Below are positions 11,012-20,419 of a stretch of DNA of 44,225 nt, in pieces (within the stretch, counting starts at the first letter, position 1; every line of letters starts with the position of its first letter). The notes beneath the pieces are model-generated. The model was not told where the DNA came from. It saw only the letters and a program-made list of their open reading frames with translations, and did no database searches. The DNA comes from Psammoneis japonica (taxonomy: Eukaryota). Made by a program: the position numbers and the translations under genes. Location: the NCBI GenBank assembly GCA_008632985.1, contig QPGO01000102.1, positions 248,001 through 292,225 of the forward strand. Reading direction: 5' to 3'.

Positions 11012-14000
11012 ATGGTTCTCACTTGTCAGCAACAAACTGATGGTTTCGAGCACCTTGTTGGAACTGTGCTTGCCCAAGGTGCTGGAAGCCCTCTTCGTTT
11101 GGCTTTGACCCATGACGGCACGGACTCGTGTCAAGAACTGTTCACGTTCATGCCGTCCCAAATCGACTCGCTTGAGTGCGACAACGGCACTGATGTGATC
11201 CCTTTGCCCCATGGTATAAGAACATGTTGGCAGCTCAGTTGGTCTGCACATTGTCAAAGCACACAAAGGTCTTGATGTTGCCAATGACTCCTCGTTGTTC
11301 ACGCACAAGGAGTTCCTTGCCTGCCGCCTCAGCCCCGACTGCATGTCGTCTGTGTCCGTCGGCAGCTCGCCTCTCGCACCTCCGCACGTCACCAACCCGA
11401 CCAAGGCACATGACCCAGTGCAAGACTTCAAGCGAGGTGTCAAGTGTGACCCCACTGCTTTCACGGCTCTCAAATCGACAAGCAGTGGCACACTTGGCAC
11501 ACCTCACTTGTGGCACAAGCCCGTGCCCAAGACGTCGAGTGCACTCTAGACTCGTCGTACAAACCGACCAGCCCCGAAGACAAACTGCTCTTTGCTGAAC
11601 AGCAAAAGCACATGTTCGCCATCTTCGAACACATCCTTCTCACCGATGAGGGCAAGGCTCTCATTCGCGAAAATGTGGGGTCTTCTGATGCCCAGACCGT
11701 CTGCCGTGCCTTGTCCGAGCATGCGCTCGCCTCCACCCGCGCATCTGTCGAGTCCTCCACCTTGCTCGCGCACCTTGCCACAGCACGTCTTGGTGATGGT
11801 GCTTGGAAAGGTCCGACCCACGGGTTCATCCTTCATTGCAGGATCAGCTGCGCAAGTGTGAGGCACTCATCCCGGCCAGTGACCACTTCTCTGAAGGACA
11901 GAAGCGTGTCATGCTCGAGAATGCCGCACATCCTGTCGAGGAACTCCGTGCCATCAAGAACCAAGCTGATCAGCATCACACGCAGAGTGGCAAGAGCCTC
12001 ATGTGATCAACATTGTGGCTTGCTCCTCTCCGCGGCGGCCCAATGCGACAGTGCGTTTCAACCCAAGACGACACCTCGAGCTCCCCGATGCGCCATGTGC
12101 ACACACGACGTCCACTCCGAGGAACCATCCGATGATGTGTTCCATGACATCGACAGCGACATTGACGTCCTTCAGGCTGACGCTGCCTGCACTGGCGGTC
12201 CCAGCCCCACCGGTGACCAATGGAAACGTCTCCCCCCCGACCACCAACGGATTTGGGATTCGTTGCCCCATTCCTCCAAGGCGATCATCCTTGAGCATTC
12301 TCGGCCGCCTCCCCGCAACCCGCGAGCCAGCAACTGCCATGAGTCCATTGTGGCCAACCTTCACGACCAACGACTTGGGAGTGACGGTGATGTCAACTTG
12401 TCCAACATGACTCCTGCTGACTCTGGTGACCCCGCTCCAAATGTGGGTGCCACTTCAGATGATCCCATCCTGGCGCACCTCACCAAGTGCAAGCCACTGC
12501 CACCCGGTGATCTGCACCGCCTGTTGTCTCCCAACCAAGCCTCCAATGCTGGTCGACCGGGCCCATCCGCCACTCCCTCTGCCTCGCCTGCTCCTGCAGA
12601 TGACACGGAACTTAACGGCCGCACTTGCCACCACGTCAATGACCACAATGTCGTTTGCTCTGCCTCCGCTCATGGCTCCACACGCACTGGTGCTCAGTCA
12701 ATCGTGGAGCCAACGGCGGCATTGCTGGCGATGACGTTCGCGTCATTGCATGCACCTCTTGCCAAGTCGACGTTCAGGGAATTGACAACCTTCAATTGGT
12801 GGACATCCCCATTGTCACCGCTGGTGCCGTCATTGAGACACAGCATGGTCCCGTCATCACCATCCTCCATCAGCACGCATGCACGGGAAAGGGCAAGACC
12901 ATTCATTCCTGTGGCCAGCTCGAATGGTGCAAACATGATGTCAACGATTGCTCCATCAAGGTGCCCAACGGCTTGCAATGTATCGCCACCCCTGATGGCC
13001 ATGTCATCCCAATTGACATCAAGGGCGGCCTGCCTTGTGTTGCCATGCGACCCCACACTGACGCCAAATGGGACACCCTGCCCCATGTCATCCTCACGGT
13101 GATGACACATGGGACCCTTCCGTCCTTGATCACTCCATCACTGATGACGACCAGTGGTGCAACGCGATCTCTGTCCTGCAGGATGATCCCACTGCCAACC
13201 CATTTGATGAATGCGGCAACTGCCGTCACCGTGTCGTTGTCAACAAGGCCATCATGTCCGCCTCCTTCTCTGCCGATCACGTCCGCCCTCAATGACCACC
13301 TCATTCCCAATGATGACATGTTCTGCGAGTGTCATCTGCACGCGATTGACCCCAAGGATGACAACGTTCCAACCCCGGAGTGCACTGTGCAGCCCAAGGA
13401 CCCCCCCTGCGAGTCTCTTCAGCCTTGCTTTGGTTTCCAACCCACCGATGCGGTTCATCGTACTTTCGACTGCACCATGCAGCATGCCCGCATGCCCGCC
13501 GGTGCTCACCTTAAGAAGGCCCACAAATCACCCAACCCTGCCCTTAATGTCCACCGCTGCAACGAGCCCATCGCCACTGACACCGTCCATGCCAACACCC
13601 CGGCCGTCAACTCTGGTTGCACTGGCACCCAATTGTTTGTTGGCACCGAGTCCACCGTCACTGACGTCTGCGGCACCAAAATGGACAAAGAGTTTGTCAA
13701 CACACTCGAGGATCAGATCCGTGAGCGTGGTGCTCCATCCAAACTCATCAGCAACCGTGCTCAAGTTGAGATCAGCAACAAGGTGCTCGGGATCCTACGA
13801 GCCCTCTTTGTCTCCAGCTGGCAAAGTGAGCCTCACCAGCAACACCAAAACTTTGCCGAACGTCGACACCAGACCGTGAAGTGCATGGCGAACACTGTCA
13901 TGGACCGTTTTGGTTCGCCTGCCCACACATGGCTGCTGGCGCTCATGTGCGTGTGCTTCATGCTCAACCATGCAGCGTCCCCACGTCTCCACTGGCACAC

Positions 14001-16610
14001 GCCCCTCGAGACTCTCACTGGCTCCACCCCGGACATCAGCCCATTGCTTCACTTTCACTGGTGGGAACCCGTGTGCTTCCACCTCGATGACTCCGATTGG
14101 CCGTCCAAATCCCGTGAGTTGCGTGGACGCTTTGTTGCCATTGCTGAGCATGTCGGCCACCAGATGACCTTCAAGATTCTCTCTGACGACACTCAGAAGA
14201 CCCTCTGCTGGTCCAACGTACGACCCGCCACCACCGATCCTGCCGTTCGAAACCTGCACCTTGATCCTCTTGACGGGGAGCCACCTGAACCCATCATCAA
14301 ATCTTGCCATGACGACAACCCCGTCGACTCTCCTGATGGGGTGATCAGGACACCCAAGATGCCAGTTTTCGATCCGCAAGACATCATCGGATGCACCTTC
14401 CTCATGCAGCCACAAGAGGACAGACAACGCCACAGAGCTCGCATTGTCAAGGCCATCAAAGAGCACGAATGGAAAGTGAACGGCAACCCCGAGCTCACTG
14501 AGTTCATCTGCTCTGTCAACAACGATGAACACAAGGAAGTCCTGGCCTGCAACAACATCATGAATCACACTGAGCAAGAAGACAAAGACACTGCTGTTTG
14601 GAAATTTTGACGCATTGTGTCACACAAAGGACCTCTGAAGCCTCATGACCCAACCTGGAAAGGCTCAAGCTGCAACACCATGCTTGAATGGGAAAGTGGG
14701 GAGATCACGTCTGAGCCTCTTGCCATCATGCCAAGGACAACCCTGTCACCTGCGCCATCTGTGCACGAGAGAACGGACTTCTTGACACTGATGGCTGGAA
14801 GCGGTTCCGCACCATCGCGAGGCACCAGAAGAAGCCATTCCGCATGGCCAACCAAGCCAAGCTTCGCTCCTTCTGCACTGCACCTTGCTGCAAGTGCAGG
14901 TGCGAAGTTCCCCGGAACTGCAAAAATGCCATGTCACCAGACGAATGCAACGGCAATGGCAAATGGGGAGACGCAACTAATCTGGAGATGGACCAACTCA
15001 ATGAATACGAAGTCTTTCATGACTGCGGGCCCTCCGAGTCTTCCACTCCTCCTGCGGGACACAAGGAGATCCGAGTGCACCTGGTGTGCGACGTGAAACA
15101 TGGCGGCCGCCACAAGGCATGACTCGCAGCCGATGGGCACCTCACGGACGTGCCCATCGACAGTGTCTGCTCCGGAGCAGTCTCCCTCCATGGCCTTCGG
15201 CTGATGATTTTCCTGGCCGAACTCAACGAGTTGGAGACATGGGCCACCGACATTGGCAATGCCCACCTTGAAGCCACCACCAAGGAGAAGCTGCACATCA
15301 CAGCTGGACCCGATTTTGGCAAACTCAAAGGCCACATTCTTGTCATCCACAAGGCCCTGCATGGGCTGCGCAGCTCCGGTCTCCGCTGGCATGAGCGCTT
15401 CGCCGACTGCCTGCGAGCTGAAGGTTTCTTCCCCTGCCGCGCCGAACCCGACATTTGGATGCGCAGGAATGGCGACCACTGCGAATGCATTGCCGTTTGT
15501 GTGGATGACCTCGCCATTGCCATGAAGGATCCTCAATCTTTCGTCGACACTCTCACGGAAAAGTGCAAGTTCAAGCTCAAGGGTGCGGGACCGATTGAGT
15601 TCCACCCAGGCTGCGACTTTTCCTGGGATCCTGATGGCACCTTGTGCCTGTCTCCGCGCAAGTGCATCAAACGTGTGGTCGACAGCTGCACATGACTGTT
15701 TGGGGAGAAACCTGCCACCAACACCCTGTCACCTCTGGAGAAGGGTGGCCACCCCGAACTGGACACTTCCGAACTGCTGGGGCCCGATGGCATTCAACAG
15801 TTCCAGTCTCTTGTTGGTTCACTCCAATGGGCAGTGTCCCTTGGTCAAATTGACGTTGCCACGGCCGTCATGTCACTCTCTGGCTTCCGAGCTGCGCCCC
15901 GTCAAGGCCACTTGGATCGTGCCAAACGCGTCTGTGGGTGCCTCTCCAAGATGCGACACGGCGCTCTCCGCGTTCACATGGAAGAGCCCGACCATTCGGA
16001 TCTCCCTGCTCCGGCCTGTGAATGGATGCATTCCGTGTGCGGCGAGGCAGAAGAGATGATCCCGAAGGACGCTCCACCGCCCCTTGGCAAGTTCGTCACT
16101 GCCACCCACTGCGTCGATGCAAACTTGTGCCATTGCATGCTCACCGGATGCTCTGTCATGGGAATGCTCCACTTCCTCAACAAATTGCCGGCTGATTGGT
16201 TCTCTAAGAAGCAAGCCACCATGGAGACTGCGACCTGCGGGTCTGAATTTGTTGCCACAAGGACTTGTGTCGAGCAGATTGTCGACCTGCGCATCACCCT
16301 GCACTGCCTCGGCGTCCCGATCCGTGGCATCAGTTGCATGTTCGGTGACAACAAGTCGGTTGTAGACAGTGCCACCATCCCACACTCCAAGTTACACAAG
16401 CGACACACCACACTGTCGTTCCACCGTGTGTGTGAGGCAATTGCCTCTGGTTGCCTTGAGCTCCACTTCATCGAAGGATCCCGCAACCCTGCTGACATTC
16501 TCAGCAAGCATTGGGGTTGCTCCCAAGTCTGGGACCTTCTCCGCCCCCTCATGTTCTGGAACTTCATTCCATCCAAAGTCGAATCTGTTTCTGTGACTCC
16601 TCAAGCAAAC
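11012..16610 (+). pseudogene. gag-pol (gag, protease, integrase, RT, RNase H) with frameshifts and stops
   Basis: Starts MVLT at ATG 11012. Protease-like VNRGANGGIAG; integrase IATDT..LISNRAQ..QNFAER; RT ATDIGNA(H)L..KAL(H)GL..(C)VDD at 15498-15509; RNase H (C)VDAN..AT(C)GSEF..FGDN..NPADILSK. In-frame TGA stops at 14608, 15120 and 15693. 3' end approximate. Confidence 0.95.
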
Positions 16611-16617
16611 TGGGGAG

Positions 16618-16893
16618 TGACAGGATTTGAGCAGGATTTGGGTGCGCGCAAAATGTCGCACGCTGTTCAGTTTACTGTGCACAGTTTTGTGTGCTTTAGT
16701 TCCACGCGTTCGCGCGTGATGCAGTTTGCTTTCGAGCCACAAGGCTCACAAGAACAATGACAGCAGCCCGATCACACCGACTTGCACGTCTTTCGGCTCC
16801 TGCAATGGTCTCTGAGCGGAGACTCATCTGCCATTTAGACAGCAGCAAGGAGTTGTTGTTTGAATTCTTGCCATTTGCCTTCAATTTCTGTCA
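16618..16893 (+). repeat. 3' LTR
   Basis: Direct repeat of 9820-10093, preceded by a polypurine tract. Confidence 0.97.
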
Positions 16894-17837
16894 CATGTTG
16901 TGGTGCACGTGCAGCAGCAGAAACAGAGACAAGAAGCCTTGTGGGCTTCTAAATTCTGCAATGATTTTTTTCATTCATTCTTCTTCATTGTCATGCCATG
17001 CACAGCCAGCATTTGGGTGTGCTCTTTGCTCAGCAGAAAGTGTGTGTTTCTGATCACAGCTCAGTTTCAACTTGTCATTGTCTCCTTTTGGGTGGCTGTG
17101 CTTTTGCAAAAAATGATGCACAAGCCGCGCAGCACATGGCAGCGGCAGAAGGATGCAAAATCTAAAAGGAAAAGCCCTTTGGAAACCAAGGGAAGACAGG
17201 GGAAATGCCAAGGGAGGAGGCAGGTTGGCAGGTCAGCAGAAAAAACACCACAAGTGTCATTTTTGGTGCATCACCTGCTGCACCCTTCTCAAGCCTTTTG
17301 GTTGCCCACCGCCCACCCAGAACATTGTTTGTGTTGATTGCGAGATCTGCCAGAGCTGAAATGGCATTGTCAGCACTGTGGTCAAGAGAAAAGAGAGCCC
17401 CACTCTGCATGGCAGTTCTTGTGTGCAGCATCCATTTCTTTCTTGTCGATTGCCATCAAAAAGATGGAATCACATTGCACAAGTCTTGAGTGCATGAATG
17501 ACTTGTTTGTTCACTTCTGCATGCTTGGCTTGTTTGAACTTTGTTGTTGCTCCATTCCTTGTTGCTTTTGCTCTTTGTTCTTTTTTCTGATTGAAGTGGA
17601 GGGGAGACCTTCACACATGTTGCTCCCCATTGACTGACATTGACTGACATGGCAAAATGGCGTTGAGCCTCCAGTGCTGCACATCACAACACACAACTTT
17701 TCTCAGAGCAGCAAGGAAACTTTGAACACTGTGCCATCATGCCTGATTGCCCACACAAGGCAAGACACACTTTTGGGATTGTGTCTGTTGGCATGCATGG
17801 TGCACACATTTCTCTTGTTTCACTTGTGTCACCTCCT

Positions 17838-18012
17838 CAGTTGCTTTTGACTCTGTCTTGTCCAAGGTGATGTCTTCTTTTTTTTTCTGCCAGCCTTTGG
17901 ATCTGCAGAGAACAATGGGAACAACTTCCAGCTTGTCAGCCCAGGGTCATCATCATCAGGTCCACACTTTGTTGGTGAATGATGAGGAGGCACCAACAAG
18001 TTTCACAAGCTG
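17838..18012. repeat. Degenerate dispersed repeat, copy B (partner at 4114-4290)
   Basis: CAGTTGCTTTTGA..TCTTGTCCAAGGTGATGTCTTCT collinear with 4114 onward. Confidence 0.6.
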
Positions 18013-19318
18013 ATTGTTTCTTGTTGTGCTCTGATCAGCAAAGGAGGTCCGGGGCAACTTGCACCTGACAAATTTTGGGTTGTTGTCTTCCGGCCCAGAT
18101 TTTGTGAGGATGAATTGTCAGCTGCTGGCTTGTTGCAGTGGCTGAAGATGCTTGCTGTCATTGGATGGTGAGCAAAGTGGGATGAAGTGAGCTGGCTGGG
18201 GGCGCAGCATCTGAGTGGTGTCACGATGTGAGGCCAGCTTGGCTTTTTTTGAGCAGGAGACAAAGTGGCTCACTTTGGAGATGCTCTCAAAGAGCCCACA
18301 GAGCAGGGCGGGAGCCTGTGGGCTCCTTGCAGCACACCTGCCCACAATTTTGTTGCCACCGGTGCTTGCAAGAGACAAACAGCAGCGAGAGAGAGCCAAG
18401 CTGGCTCACCTTGGCAGCGCTGTCCTGCAAACCTGTGTTTTGTGGCAGCACACTTGATTTTGAGGAACTGTTGAATCTGCAGAATTCTTGCTTCTCACAT
18501 TTTACTCTGCTTGCTCTGTTTTTGCTGGTTTGGACTGCTTTCCTTGTGTGTGTGTCGCACATTTTTTGTGGCACTTTTTTGGCGCCGGCGCAGTTGCTCC
18601 CCTCTCTTTGTGTGGCGATGTTTTTGCTCTCCAGAGCTGCGGTCAGGTGCTGCACGCACAAGTTGTTGATGTCAAGCAGATGTTCACCTCCCAAACAACT
18701 TTTCCAAAGGCTTGTTCCTGCATCAGCATCACAAAACAACGTGTGCTGTTTTCACACTCGTCCTCTTCTCTGAGGCTCCCCATGGTGGGCACCCTGACTG
18801 GAGCTGCCACTTCTCAGAGTTTTCAACAGAGATCCTTGTGATGGTGGCTCTGCACCACAGGCCAAAAATGACTGTCACCCAACTTTCGATTGAGAGGAAA
18901 CAGGCATGGAATTGTGAACATCTTCGAAGATCGAGCGGAGACAGAGGCGGAGAGCGCCGCCACATCGGCACGCACACAGGCAGCCAGATTGAGATCAGCC
19001 AGCCAGGCTGGCCAGGGACACACGGCATTTTGTCGCATTTGGCGACATTTTCTTAAATGAGTTGATGATTTGTCGCGAAAAGACGCGAATTGCGACAAAA
19101 TGTCCGGGTTGGTGATAAACGGGACAGAAACATTGTTCAACCAAGTGACAAAATGATCAATGTCATCATTCACAACCAACCTGAACGTTTGGCGATGTCG
19201 TTTCAACAAGTGGGGCAATCAACAGAATTTGGCGATCGATGTCATCGACGAAAATTCATCCGACAAAATTTGTCGCACACGACAAAATTTGTCGCATCCG
19301 ACAAATTTTGTCGGCGTG

Positions 19319-19418
19319 CGACACGACACGACACGACACGACAAGACACGACACGACAAGACACGACAAGACACGACAAGACACGACAAGACACGACAAG
19401 ACACGACACGACACGACG
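19319..19418. repeat. Pentamer tandem array (ACACG/ACAAG)n
   Basis: Read directly; about 20 units. Confidence 0.95.
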
Positions 19419-19701
19419 ACTCACGAACGAAACACCCATGCCCCCCGCACACGCCAACCGACCGCTAACATCTCCGTTGACACTGCCGGCATGTCTCTTT
19501 TGCACGATGATGCAAAGCGACGATCATGCCGCTCTCGGCGGTCTCCATGCTCTCGTCAATGCAGGGACAACATCGTACGCTTCTACACAGTGCAACGGAA
19601 TGTACCGGCATGTGTTGCTGCACTGTACCTTTCATCACTGCGACTGAGCACTTCTGAATGTTGGGGAGCGTTGCGTCATCGGTGTGTCGCAAACGTCCGT
19701 C

Positions 19702-19797
19702 TGTCGGCGTTTGTCGGCTCTTGTCGGCGTTTGTCGTACGTTGTCGGGGTTTGTCGGGGTTTGTCGGGGCTTGTCGGGGTTTGTCGGGGTTTGTCGG
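19702..19797. repeat. Decamer tandem array (TTGTCGGGGT-like)n
   Basis: Read directly; roughly mirrors the CGACA-rich array in the left arm. Confidence 0.9.
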
Positions 19798-20419
19798 ATA
19801 CGACAAAATTTGTCGTACGTCCGACAAAATTTGTCGTATCCGACAAAATTTGTCGTACGTACGACAAAATCGCCAAAACATTAATTAACAAGTACAGTCT
19901 TCGCCGAAAGTTAAATTCATCATGTGGCACTGTAGTTGATATAACGTCTGTGTTTAGGACACGCCATCGCCAATTAAATGATGATTTTGTCTTATTTATC
20001 GCCAACGTTTGAAATTTGTCTCAAAGGGCGTTTTTCACGACAAATCGTCCAATTCATTTATGGGAATGTCGCAATTGGCGACAAAATGCCGTGTGTCCCA
20101 GGCACGCAGAGTGGTTCGGATGAAGGTCTGCCTGTCGTCAGAATTCCTACACAAAAATACGTAGCAGCAGTACTATGAAATTACGTCACGGATCTTTGAG
20201 GATTGTTCACACTTCAGACGCGCGACGCGACGAAGGAAGGCAATGGTACCAATGGTGCGGAACCGCGTTTTTTCGTTGCAAAGTTATCAGCATCCACAGG
20301 ATAACACTAGTAGGTACAGTGACAGAACACCCCATCTTTATATAGAGTACTGTAAAGGAGTTGTAATCACTTCCGGCAAAGTCAAACAAGCAAGCTTCAG
20401 CTAGCATCGACCTTACCTC

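Larger units (their letters stand above)
9820..16893 (+). mobile_element. Full-length Ty1/copia LTR retrotransposon (diatom CoDi-like), inactivated
   Basis: Two ~275-bp LTRs with TGACAG...CTGTCA ends; 5-bp TSD CATGT at 9815-9819 and 16894-16898; PPT GGGGAG at 16612-16617; gag-PR-IN-RT-RNaseH domain order. Confidence 0.97.
2100..19500. other. TpA-depleted hypermutated repeat domain
   Basis: By eye only about 50 TA dinucleotides in ~17 kb, with strong TG/CA excess; flanks (1-1900 and >19750) contain TA abundantly. Boundaries are gradual and approximate. Confidence 0.9.
19016..20098. mobile_element. Non-autonomous TIR DNA transposon (MITE-like, possibly PIF/Harbinger type)
   Basis: Perfect inverted ends GGACACACGGCATTTTGTCGC / GCGACAAAATGCCGTGTGTCC, flanked by CAG on both sides (or CCAGG if the TIR is 1 bp shorter). 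Internal CGACAAAATTTGTCG arrays in both arms; no transposase ORF. Confidence 0.85.

Noticed and set aside
11012..16610. Alternative genetic code or RNA editing restoring Tyr in the retrotransposon
   Set aside because: Neighbouring genes use TAY for Tyr normally, non-coding LTR and MITE DNA shows the same change, and the element also has stops and frameshifts.
2100..19500. Classical RIP or 5mC deamination as the sole explanation
   Set aside because: These yield C->T and would increase or spare TpA; they explain the CG->TG/CA layer only, not Tyr->Cys/His.
19261..19870. CGACAAAATTTGTCG repeats as a CRISPR array
   Set aside because: Spacers are only a few bp, the context is eukaryotic with no cas genes, and the repeats lie inside a TIR element.
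19090..20012. ORFs with TTRHD/VVSCR repeats
   Set aside because: Translations of pentamer and decamer tandem arrays with no coding signal.
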